Shown piece after piece: positions 9,067 through 18,186 of a stretch of DNA of 64,000 nucleotides; positions within the stretch are counted from its first letter, which is position 1; every line of letters starts with the position of its first letter. This DNA comes from Gimesia sp. (lineage in GTDB: Bacteria; Planctomycetota; Planctomycetia; Planctomycetales; Planctomycetaceae): assembly GCF_048260065.1 (NCBI RefSeq), contig NZ_JBLXHC010000014.1:100028-164027 (forward strand). Direction: 5' to 3'. The notes below the pieces were generated by a model, which saw nothing but the letters and a program-made list of their open reading frames with translations, was not told where the DNA came from and ran no database searches. Both the position numbers and the translations under genes were made by a program.

Positions 9067-12000
9067 ATGATCAGGGCACAACTCACTCAACGACCAAAAC
9101 AACTGCGATGCAGAGGCTCAATACGGATAATTTTTCTCGTGCTGTTGTGTCTGATTCCAAGTCTGGTTTATGCGGAGCAGCGTACCTGGACGAGTGCCGA
9201 CGGCAAGAACGAGGTCCGTGGTGAACTGCTGGGAACGACTGATAAAGTAGTTATTCTCAAGAAACAGTCGGATGGAACTCTGCACGTCGTCCCATTTTCC
9301 ATGTTGAGCGAAGCGGATCAGGCTTATGTGCGGGAGAAGTATCCCCAAATCTTTCCTGAGGATCAGAATAGACCGGCAGTGTCGACTACCACGAATGAGA
9401 CGAAAACTGCATCGCCTGAAATGCAAGGACAGAAAACATCAGAGAAAAAACAGGATCCAGAGGACATGCGGTTCAAGTGGGAGCATGTCTCAAAGATACT
9501 GCCTCGGTTTCAACCAATGCTGATTGATGGAGCAGCCGTCATCAGTCCCCGGACACAACTTATTTCCCGTAAACAGCAGGCGAACCTGCAAATTTCTGCC
9601 GATTATATCGGAGCGATTCTGTGTTACCTGGCAGACCGCGAAGGTTATGAACTTCTGGCTCAGAAGCTGAAAGAGAAGGGGGTAGTGGGGGCATTTAATA
9701 CCACCACGGGTGATGACCGGGAGCGAATTGAACAATGTTATTCTCTGTTTGGAAAGCTCTACAAACTCTTCTACTCGAAAGAGGAGAACAGGAAATACTA
9801 CGATCTGCGTCATTCCGGGGTCAACGACTTCGATCAGGGGATTCAGATTTCTAAACTGGTTCGCAAGTTCGATCAAGATTTTCAGCAAATTAAATATCAG
9901 GGGGAAGAGATTCCCGTAGCTGTGTTCACAGGAGCGAGTCTGGATCACTATCGCGAAGGGATTGGTGAATTTCCATTGCATGTCAGAGGGAGCATTCGCC
10001 CGCTTGAGATTGGCGGTAAGAATTCCCTTAAATTGATTTACCTGAATTCACCGGACCTTCCAACGGGAATTAAAAAAACGCCAGCAGAAGCGCGGGAGTT
10101 CGCCCGAGCGATTGAGGGGAAAGAGTTTGCCTTCCGGACGGATCTGGTTTTGAAGTATCCCCGGTATGAACAGAATCCTGACGTTCTGGAATCATATAAC
10201 GATTTGCTCATGAACGCGAAGATTGTCGGACTTTCTCTCGTGAATGCCGCAAAACCGTCTCAGGTGATTCAGAAATGGGAACTGGAAAAGCCGGTAGAAA
10301 TCACGGGTGAGCAGCCTGAAGCCGACGAACAGGGCCTGGTCCAAAAAATGCAAAGTCTGGCTAAGGAACATCAACTGGTATTATGGGGAGACTATCCGGC
10401 AGTTCGAGTTGACTTGCCGTATAGTTCGGATGGTCCGATCGTGGGGAGTGATCCTGATCGATTCACCAGACTGCTGGATCGGGTTGCGCTGGGACTTGAT
10501 CCGAACCATTTGAGCCCGGTACTCATAGCCACTCATTTCCCGGAAACGATCGGGCGTTTCATTACAGTCAGTACGAATCGCGTGGGGGGGATTCGTACTG
10601 CAAAGTGGTTCGGAGAAAACGAATTTGACAAACGGGCCAGTCAGCAGAAGTTCGAGCAGACTTATGCGGACAAATTACGCCACTACGCGGTTGAGCTGCC
10701 AATCCGATTTGTCGAAATTCAGAAAGTTGTTTTGGGAAAAAATGGCAATTACGACTTCGAACGGGGTGGCGTATTGATAGATCATCGAGTGGTGAATGGT
10801 CGGTTTCCCGGCCTGACGACCTGTTCCTTTAATTTGCGGGCCGAACAGATTGATCGTCGTACCAGACCCTGCTTTGTACAGGAATTTTTGCCTTTAACGA
10901 CGGAGCAGGCACGTCCCCTGTTCAGTGGGGTACAGCAGGGATATGACCTCCCCGCATATGTCACACGTGTCGTCACCTGGGATCGACTGCAACTGGAAGA
11001 GTATCAGGATGAGCAGCTCCCTCCCGTATCAGTCTCTCGTGAGTCTTTTGAACTCTACCGCGATCCGCAACTCAAGCAGCATATTGCCAGTCTGGAGAGC
11101 AAGCAGGTTCCTCCTCCGGTTTTAAGTGAAGCGAAAGGCAAAATCCTGCCCGGCTCCGATCAACCGCTGGCCCTCGACCAGAGTACACTCTTTTTTCTGA
11201 AACAGGAAGCGGATGGTATTAATGCGGAAGAAGATGAGCTGAAAAAACTGTTTGATGATTATCGCTATCATACTAAAAGTTATTCCAGCACCGTCAGCGA
11301 TGCATTAAGGGAATTGACAGGGGCAGAAGAGGAATATTCGAGATATGGCACAGTACGCAATGGTTATTCAGCAGGCACACCGGAAGAGAAGCAACAGGCG
11401 ATACAGAAATGGAAAGAAGCTCAAGCGAAAGTGAATCAGCTGTTCCAGCAGCCACAGTCCTCCTTCTTCCCGGCTTCCATTGATCAACGTGATCTGGATG
11501 AAAGACAGTTTCCGGTCCTGAGAGAGAAATGGCAGAAGTGGATGAGACAGTGTATCGATTCTACAAAACGTCATTTTGTTGTGCATGCGGAAGTCAAGCT
11601 GGATCAGCAGCTCCGCGATGTGCAGCTGATGATATCGCGTCAGAATCTTCCGAATCCTTATACATGGAGTCCTGCAAAAACACTGATCGACGAAGGGGTT
11701 CCCGCGAGCCATCTCGTGGTTTTGAATTATCAGGATTCAAATATGGTGATATCTCATACTCCCTGCCTGCAGCTGACGCAACCGCTGGAAGATGTGCTTG
11801 ACCGTGTTCCTGATCAAATACGTGATTTGATCATTGATCAGCAGAATGGAACAGCCCGGGTGGAACTGGTGGTGGCAGTGGGAAAAACCACACTGCTTCC
11901 CCATACAGATGAAAACCGACGGGGAGGGCTGCTGTTAGAAACAGAGGTCAAGCAGCTGCGTCTGTTTACAGATCGGAAATATAATCGCGAGTTGATTTTT

Positions 12001-13188
12001 GAAGTGGAATTGAATCCAGTTGCTGATTCAACGAAAACAGGCTCTGTTTCGGTTTTACGAAGTAAAACAGCAGCACCTGATGCAGAGGAAATGCAGCAAA
12101 CAAAATCAGAAAAAGTCGAAGCCTGGACACCGGCAGCCAGCCTGCGCTTGATTGCCAGATATCTACCTGAATTTACGCGGGAAAACAGTGGCGTGCTAAT
12201 GTTCAACCGCTGGCGCCAGGAGACGGATTTTCTGTCAAAACGTGATCAGTCAAAATATGGAATCGTTCCGGATCGTGGTCTGTATTTCCGTTCGCAGACT
12301 TCGGCGCCAACAGTTCAGCAGCTCAATGTCGAAGGAAAGGCATTCGTCCAATGGTTGAACCGACCGGAAAGTCTACCGGGCAGTCGTTATTCACTGCGGT
12401 TTGAAACCAAATTTGCGGACCTTTCTGATGAGGTGAAAGGTTATCGACAGGCTCTGGTAAGTGTCAGGGAATTTGACGGTTCCATGCAATATTCGCAAAT
12501 AATGTTTCATATCGGTTCGGAAATCAAGAGGGCCAAACGCAGCATCGAAACGAATAAGTATATGGAAAAAAATTTCCCGGAACGACCCAAATCAGGTGGT
12601 GGGGGATTTGGAGGGAGCGGGGGTAGCCTGGGGCTTGGAAAACAGCCGACTGATTCATCTCAGACTGTACAAGTCAGTGAGAAGAACAAAAAAATTCTGC
12701 AGGAGATCGAAGAACTTACCCGACTCGAACAGTATCTCAGCAGCGCACCTCCCGTATTCATCCTGCGCGATATTGGAAACCAATATGGTTTGACCAACCT
12801 GCGTGGAAATCTGCAGGCGTATGGAACATCAAGTCTGGAAGAGGAGCGATTGCAGAAAATTTATGAACCGATCTTCCCCACACTCAATATGAGTCACCAG
12901 ATTGTTCTCCCCACAGGATTGCAGATCAAACCGGGAAACAGGAAATGGGAGGTTGAAGTGGAGTTCGATGTCAAATCGGCAACATCACAAGAGACGCCTC
13001 CTGATCTTTTTGATCCGAAATTGTCTGGAAAATATAGCGATAAACTCAGTCGAAAAGATCACGGCAAGTACGCCCTGTTTGATGTCGAAGTTACAGCAGC
13101 ATGGTTGATCAATCAGCAAACGGGAAAGCGGGCACACGAACTGAAGCTGGTTCCTTACCCCCAGCATGTAAAGCAGGCTGCGGACTGA
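9067..13188 (+). CDS. Large secreted protein of unknown function with an N-terminal SHD1 (SLA1-homology) domain
   Basis: The ORF is open from 8734, but that extension overlaps the sigma gene. The ATG at 9067 is preceded by AGGAG and gives a signal peptide (IRIIFLVLLCLIPSLVYAEQ). An SHD1-like segment follows: RTWTSADGKNEVRGELLGTTDKVVILKKQSDGTLHVVPFSMLSEADQAYV. I recognise nothing in the remaining ~1250 aa. Confidence 0.75.
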   Translation: MIRAQLTQRPKQLRCRGSIRIIFLVLLCLIPSLVYAEQRTWTSADGKNEVRGELLGTTDKVVILKKQSDGTLHVVPFSMLSEADQAYVREKYPQIFPEDQNRPAVSTTTNETKTASPEMQGQKTSEKKQDPEDMRFKWEHVSKILPRFQPMLIDGAAVISPRTQLISRKQQANLQISADYIGAILCYLADREGYELLAQKLKEKGVVGAFNTTTGDDRERIEQCYSLFGKLYKLFYSKEENRKYYDLRHSGVNDFDQGIQISKLVRKFDQDFQQIKYQGEEIPVAVFTGASLDHYREGIGEFPLHVRGSIRPLEIGGKNSLKLIYLNSPDLPTGIKKTPAEAREFARAIEGKEFAFRTDLVLKYPRYEQNPDVLESYNDLLMNAKIVGLSLVNAAKPSQVIQKWELEKPVEITGEQPEADEQGLVQKMQSLAKEHQLVLWGDYPAVRVDLPYSSDGPIVGSDPDRFTRLLDRVALGLDPNHLSPVLIATHFPETIGRFITVSTNRVGGIRTAKWFGENEFDKRASQQKFEQTYADKLRHYAVELPIRFVEIQKVVLGKNGNYDFERGGVLIDHRVVNGRFPGLTTCSFNLRAEQIDRRTRPCFVQEFLPLTTEQARPLFSGVQQGYDLPAYVTRVVTWDRLQLEEYQDEQLPPVSVSRESFELYRDPQLKQHIASLESKQVPPPVLSEAKGKILPGSDQPLALDQSTLFFLKQEADGINAEEDELKKLFDDYRYHTKSYSSTVSDALRELTGAEEEYSRYGTVRNGYSAGTPEEKQQAIQKWKEAQAKVNQLFQQPQSSFFPASIDQRDLDERQFPVLREKWQKWMRQCIDSTKRHFVVHAEVKLDQQLRDVQLMISRQNLPNPYTWSPAKTLIDEGVPASHLVVLNYQDSNMVISHTPCLQLTQPLEDVLDRVPDQIRDLIIDQQNGTARVELVVAVGKTTLLPHTDENRRGGLLLETEVKQLRLFTDRKYNRELIFEVELNPVADSTKTGSVSVLRSKTAAPDAEEMQQTKSEKVEAWTPAASLRLIARYLPEFTRENSGVLMFNRWRQETDFLSKRDQSKYGIVPDRGLYFRSQTSAPTVQQLNVEGKAFVQWLNRPESLPGSRYSLRFETKFADLSDEVKGYRQALVSVREFDGSMQYSQIMFHIGSEIKRAKRSIETNKYMEKNFPERPKSGGGGFGGSGGSLGLGKQPTDSSQTVQVSEKNKKILQEIEELTRLEQYLSSAPPVFILRDIGNQYGLTNLRGNLQAYGTSSLEEERLQKIYEPIFPTLNMSHQIVLPTGLQIKPGNRKWEVEVEFDVKSATSQETPPDLFDPKLSGKYSDKLSRKDHGKYALFDVEVTAAWLINQQTGKRAHELKLVPYPQHVKQAAD

Positions 13189-13248
13189 GTTGCTGAACTT
13201 TATATAAAATAGTGGCTTACGTGAAACCCGTTTCAGGCGGGGCGTTGC

Positions 13249-13297
13249 GAGGCGGGAACGAGTAGAGGGCGTTCCCGTCTCGTTTTTTTGTTTTTTT
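13249..13297 (+). terminator. Rho-independent terminator after the SHD1 giant gene
   Basis: A 12-bp stem (gaggcgggaacg / cgttcccgtctc, with one G-U pair) and a 9-nt loop, followed by gtttttttgttttttt. Confidence 0.8.
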
Positions 13298-13418
13298 AGA
13301 AATAGTTTTGTCTGAGCTGTCGGGATGACAGAGTGATTCTTGATCTTTCTATAGACGAGGAAGTTAATTCAAGAACCAGAAATCAGATCGTTGAAAAAAT
13401 CAATAAGGGGCAGGGATC

Positions 13419-14312
13419 ATGACTTACGGATTGGGGTATACGGGGGTTTACACTGGAGGCAGTGTCGAAAATACAGCCGGATATCAGGAATTTAAACGCA
13501 GACAGTATGCCCAACAACATGAAGAACGTTTAGCGCGTGCAGGTGAGCGACAGAAAAAAAGGGAAGCGGCTACTCAGAATACGAACTCCAGCAGTGCGGT
13601 GTGGATACCCGAGCCAGTTGAAGTGGATCCGGTTGAGGCAGAGCGTCAGCGCAAAATAGAAGAAGCCCGCCACAAAGCGTGGTTGAAGAAACAGGAAGCT
13701 ATTCGTCTTGCCGAGGAAAAACGAAAAAAAGAACGTCTGGAAGTGTTAAGCCGTATGAGTCGCAAACAGAAGGTGCTACATTTTCTGTGGATCACTAGTC
13801 CAATCTATATCATGCTGTGTGCTTTCAATTCACTGCTTGAGAAAGCGACAGCAGAAAAAGATAAGCTTGGAACAAATCTTAACAGGTCGGTAGAAATTCA
13901 ATTCGGAATCAAAAAAGTACAAGCTGTTCTGACGCCGATTAAGAACCTGGTAAACAGGTTGATCCCGGCAGTCACCTGGAAAGTGGTCTCCAGCGTGCTG
14001 GGCATCGTCGCTTTTGGGGGTGTTCTGAAACTGGGAGGGGGATTGGTATTCGCGGTTCCTGCTGCGGTACTTGGATTTTATCTACTCAAGATTTGCCGAT
14101 ATTTTACATATGCTGTGTCGGTGTATCTGCTGGCTCTGGCTTACCATCTGGGAAGCAAACTGGAAGAGTTTATCTGGTGGGCAGAAGAAGCGACGGGCAG
14201 AGTGGTGGAGAAAGTTCAGGCTGTGATGCTCGCGTTGCTTAAGTTGACTCTGTTTATCGCAATATTCGGCTTCATCGCCGGACTCATTATGCTGGTGGCG
14301 AAATTACAGTAA
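13419..14312 (+). CDS. Hypothetical membrane protein with a charged coiled-coil N-terminal half and a multi-TM C-terminal half
   Basis: 297 aa with an AAGGGG RBS. It has an E/K/R-rich segment (ERQRKIEEARHKAWLKKQEAIRLAEEKRKKERLE) followed by several hydrophobic helices. Confidence 0.7.
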   Translation: MTYGLGYTGVYTGGSVENTAGYQEFKRRQYAQQHEERLARAGERQKKREAATQNTNSSSAVWIPEPVEVDPVEAERQRKIEEARHKAWLKKQEAIRLAEEKRKKERLEVLSRMSRKQKVLHFLWITSPIYIMLCAFNSLLEKATAEKDKLGTNLNRSVEIQFGIKKVQAVLTPIKNLVNRLIPAVTWKVVSSVLGIVAFGGVLKLGGGLVFAVPAAVLGFYLLKICRYFTYAVSVYLLALAYHLGSKLEEFIWWAEEATGRVVEKVQAVMLALLKLTLFIAIFGFIAGLIMLVAKLQ

Positions 14313-14385
14313 GACTGCCAGAGATAAGAGAACCGGTTATGTAAATCTGTCAGCGGAACGAGTTGGATCGGGAGATAAACTGAAG

Positions 14386-14952
14386 ATGATTAAGGGACTG
14401 ACATATAACAGAGAATTTCTCGATCCCCTGATCGAGCAGCAGCTGATTGAGACGATCGATCAGACTCCGTGGTTGAACGATTTGAAACGCCGAGTCCAAC
14501 ATTACGGGTATCGTTATGATTACCGTTCTCAATCGATTGATACTTCAATGCAGGTGGGACGTTTGCCGACCTGGGCACTATCGCTGGCAGAAACGATTGT
14601 GGGGCAGGGATACTTTGAACAATTTCCCGATCAGATGATTGTTAATGAATATGAGCCGGGACAGGGGATTGCACCCCACGTGGATTGCGAGCCCTGTTTT
14701 GGTAATTCAATCGCCTCAATCACACTGGGCTCTGGCTGTTTTATGAAATTCAGTGAAGTGACAGGAACAAACAGACATTCAATTTACCTGGAACCACGCA
14801 GTATCATAGTCATGTCTGATGAAGCACGCTATGACTGGAAACATTCGATTTCCAAGCAGAATTTCGATGACGTCGACGGCAACAGGATACCCCGTTCGCG
14901 TCGGATTTCACTGACATTTCGTACGGTGAATTCGGAATCCCTTCAGGTTTAA
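14386..14952 (+). CDS. AlkB-like Fe(II)/2-oxoglutarate-dependent dioxygenase
   Basis: 188 aa. It carries the HxD...H triad (IAPHVDCEP ... WKHSI) and the RISLTFR motif characteristic of AlkB-family proteins. Confidence 0.75.
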   Translation: MIKGLTYNREFLDPLIEQQLIETIDQTPWLNDLKRRVQHYGYRYDYRSQSIDTSMQVGRLPTWALSLAETIVGQGYFEQFPDQMIVNEYEPGQGIAPHVDCEPCFGNSIASITLGSGCFMKFSEVTGTNRHSIYLEPRSIIVMSDEARYDWKHSISKQNFDDVDGNRIPRSRRISLTFRTVNSESLQV

Positions 14953-15181
14953 TCCGGTATGAAATTTCCGATTGAATTTCCTGAACCATAGAATTAATAA
15001 TGGTTTAGGTTGTGTGGTCATGTCGGGCTTGAGCTCCGTCCGTTAATACTTACCTTCATTTTGAAAATTTTCCCCATTCCACGTCGGGGGGATTCCACAA
15101 ACCGTGATCTTTCTATTGTGAGACGATTTTAATCTGGTCCGCAATTCAACTTTGTCTCGATAGATAATAGAAAGAACCGCA

Positions 15182-18058
15182 ATGTTTTCCCTGTTAAAAC
15201 ACCTTTCGAAAACAAGTTCTTCTGTCTGTAGCTCTCGCAACAAACGCAAATCATGTCGCACACCCATCCGAAACTGGCAGGTGCAGTTGCTGGAAGAACG
15301 TCAATTGCTGGCAGGCATGTTGACGTCCGACGATGTAATCGTTCGCTCGGGTGATAATGCCCCCAATCTTGACACGGGAAACAACGATGGCAATTTCAGT
15401 AAGTTCAGTGAGGAGCCGATTATCAACGAGACCGGGCTGGTTTTATTTCAGGCAAATGTCACGGGCTCTCTCACGTCAAGTAATTCGGGACTCTTTCAAG
15501 TTTCAACTTCGGGCACAATTTTAAATATCACACGTCAAAAACAACCGGTTCCGGCGATTCAAGATGGGACACTCTACGACGGGATCTCAGGAGCCGCATC
15601 CTCTATTCCCTTACCCTTCAACGACAGTGGCCAGGCAGTGTTTGTTGATCGCTTCAATGGAGTCAATTATTGGGAAGACTCGGGTATCTTTCTCGGCAGC
15701 AATGGCAACGGACCGCTCTTACTGGTTCAGGAAGGCAGTGATGCACCCGGTGCGACGAATGGAAGTACAAATGGAAAGTTTGATGGACTGGAGGGAACCT
15801 ATGTGACAGTGAACAATGCTGGGCGAATCGCTTTCATCGCGAATTTATCTAATACCGATAATGGAAGCGCTGATAACCAGACTGTCTTCAGTACCGACGC
15901 CAATGGAAACCTGATCGAGATTGCCCGAAAGGGGCAGTTGATCCCCGGCTCTCAGGTTCATCGCTTTAGCAGTTTCTATTCGATATCGATCAACAATGCC
16001 GGACAAATCGCATTTTATGGAGAGACATCAAATTCTTCCGTACCAGATGGCATTTATGTGAGTGACGGAGATGGTTCACCACTCCGCGTTGTGATGCAGA
16101 ATGAACAGGTCTTTAATTCCGACGGCGACAAATTTCACTGGAACAGTAAAATCAGCAACAGTGTTATCAATGAGTCAGGGGCCGTGGCTTTTCGCAGCAA
16201 TATCGATATTGGCGAAGCGGGTATTGTGCTGGGAGTATTCATTCGCTCGGGAAATGGTGATTTGCGAGAGATTGTTCGTACGGACGACCAGCTTGCAAGT
16301 GAAGAAATATACGATCATAGTGGAAAAAACGATCTGGTGCTGAATAATCGCGGAGATGTAGCATTTACAGGAGACATATCTAATGACAGAGTGCTGTTTC
16401 GGTATGATGCCGGCAGTAGTCGAGGCGATCTCAAACAGATCGTGCGTGAAGGACAGGCGGTTCCCGACAGCGATCAGGTTATCTATGGAATCAATAAGTA
16501 TACGATGAATGATGCCGGACAACTGGCAATCTCAGCGACGATCTGGGATGGCGTCGACTCTTTTACCAGACAGGAAGCGTTGTTCTATTATGACGATCTC
16601 AATGGTCTTAAGGAAATCGCCCGCACAGGCCAGGCCTTTGAAGGCTCTACCATCACCCATCTCTATTTTGCCGGGAATAGTGATGCGATCTTTCTGGCAG
16701 CGAACGGGGATGGAATCAACAACAACGGCGAAGTCACTTTTTCCTATAAGCTGGAGAACGGGCAGCTGGGGATTGCGATGATCGATGGCGATTTAGCAGA
16801 AGCAGTCAGCCTGCGTGTTGTTTATGAACCGACGGCGACCGATGCCAACGGCGAAGCGGCTTCGCTGCCTCAGAGTCAGACCTGGATCAGCGAATGGGAT
16901 TCCTGCTGGGTAGAGATCTGGGTCAGCTCTGCCAATCAGGCGAGCAACGGCATCGCCGCCGTCGATCTCGATTTCCAGTATAACACCGAGTACACGTCGG
17001 CGACTGAGATCGAATTCGGGGCAAGTTTTACACAAAATCAGTCGGGGACCATCAATGATACAGAAGGACTGATTGAAAACCTGTCAGCGGAAACAACAGC
17101 GACAGAACTGGGTCTCAACGATCGTCTGCTGTTTGCCCGGATTCGATTTGAATCACTGTCCACAGATCAGGTGGCACTGGATATTTCAGGTCAGAGTATT
17201 GGCCCTTATGATCTGGGCTTTGAGCTGGTCTCACCACAGGTTGATGTTGTGGCGGAAGTTCCCACAACATTAACCGTCGTACCCTTCAGCGGAGCCAGTA
17301 TCTGGGCGAACCCTTTTGATTTGAATGATGATGATAAGATCGATTATCGAGATTTGATTCAACAGGTCAGCATGTACAATACACGTCCCAGTGAATCGGA
17401 GTCTGCGTACGCCTGGTTTGCCGATTATGATCAGAGTGACCGCATCGATTACCGTGATCTGATCGCACTGGTTTCTAATTACGGAAAATCAAAAGCCAAC
17501 CAGTCCGAAATCGTTTATCCCGTCAATTATCCCGAAGCGTGGGCTGACAGACTGCTGGTCTCACTTCCGCCGTCTGAAACGACAACTACGACTGGTTTGA
17601 AACAGGAGACGGCAGAACAACTGGTAGAGCAGGCAGTCATTCAGATCAGTCCGCAACTTTCTTCTGAACAGAGTGAGCTGCTGTCCGGCGTAGAAGTCAA
17701 GGTGGTGGACCTGGAGGGGAGCACATTAGGTCGGGCTGCCGGTGGTACCATTTACCTGGATGTGAATGCCGCCGGCTACGGATGGTTTATAGACGAGACT
17801 CCCACTGACAACAGCGAATATGCCTTTGAGAGTCAGTTCTCACTGATCGCTTTGCCCGACAGTGACGCAGCCGGGCAGATTGATCTCTGGACTGTGATCC
17901 TGCACGAACTTGGTCATCTGGCTGGATACGGACATGCTTCAGAAGGACTGATGGAAGAAACGCTGTCTCCAGGAGTACGCAAACTGGCAGAGTGGGACGA
18001 GGAAGCTGATCTGTTTTTTGCCTCCCTCAAAGACAATACAGACTTACTTCCGTTTTAA
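15182..18058 (+). CDS. Secreted modular protein with NxxGxxAF-type tandem repeats, a cohesin-like region, dockerin-like EF-hand repeats and a C-terminal HExxH zinc-peptidase motif
   Basis: 958 aa. N-terminal LLEERQLLAG motif. Eight NxxGxx[AVL]F units (NNAGRIAF, NNAGQIAF, NESGAVAF, NNRGDVAF and others). DLNDDDKIDYRDLI and DYDQSDRIDYRDLI repeats. HELGHLAGYGH at nt 17903-17935. Confidence 0.75.
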   Translation: MFSLLKHLSKTSSSVCSSRNKRKSCRTPIRNWQVQLLEERQLLAGMLTSDDVIVRSGDNAPNLDTGNNDGNFSKFSEEPIINETGLVLFQANVTGSLTSSNSGLFQVSTSGTILNITRQKQPVPAIQDGTLYDGISGAASSIPLPFNDSGQAVFVDRFNGVNYWEDSGIFLGSNGNGPLLLVQEGSDAPGATNGSTNGKFDGLEGTYVTVNNAGRIAFIANLSNTDNGSADNQTVFSTDANGNLIEIARKGQLIPGSQVHRFSSFYSISINNAGQIAFYGETSNSSVPDGIYVSDGDGSPLRVVMQNEQVFNSDGDKFHWNSKISNSVINESGAVAFRSNIDIGEAGIVLGVFIRSGNGDLREIVRTDDQLASEEIYDHSGKNDLVLNNRGDVAFTGDISNDRVLFRYDAGSSRGDLKQIVREGQAVPDSDQVIYGINKYTMNDAGQLAISATIWDGVDSFTRQEALFYYDDLNGLKEIARTGQAFEGSTITHLYFAGNSDAIFLAANGDGINNNGEVTFSYKLENGQLGIAMIDGDLAEAVSLRVVYEPTATDANGEAASLPQSQTWISEWDSCWVEIWVSSANQASNGIAAVDLDFQYNTEYTSATEIEFGASFTQNQSGTINDTEGLIENLSAETTATELGLNDRLLFARIRFESLSTDQVALDISGQSIGPYDLGFELVSPQVDVVAEVPTTLTVVPFSGASIWANPFDLNDDDKIDYRDLIQQVSMYNTRPSESESAYAWFADYDQSDRIDYRDLIALVSNYGKSKANQSEIVYPVNYPEAWADRLLVSLPPSETTTTTGLKQETAEQLVEQAVIQISPQLSSEQSELLSGVEVKVVDLEGSTLGRAAGGTIYLDVNAAGYGWFIDETPTDNSEYAFESQFSLIALPDSDAAGQIDLWTVILHELGHLAGYGHASEGLMEETLSPGVRKLAEWDEEADLFFASLKDNTDLLPF

Positions 18059-18186
18059 TCTGGTTTTTAAAGCATGCGTTTTCTCCATTCGTCTGCGAAT
18101 GAGGCAGCAGGAATGCGCACAGAATCCGTATTCAGTCATCCGTTCCATGCCCTTCGGAACATGATTCAAATTTGGAACAGCAAGAG

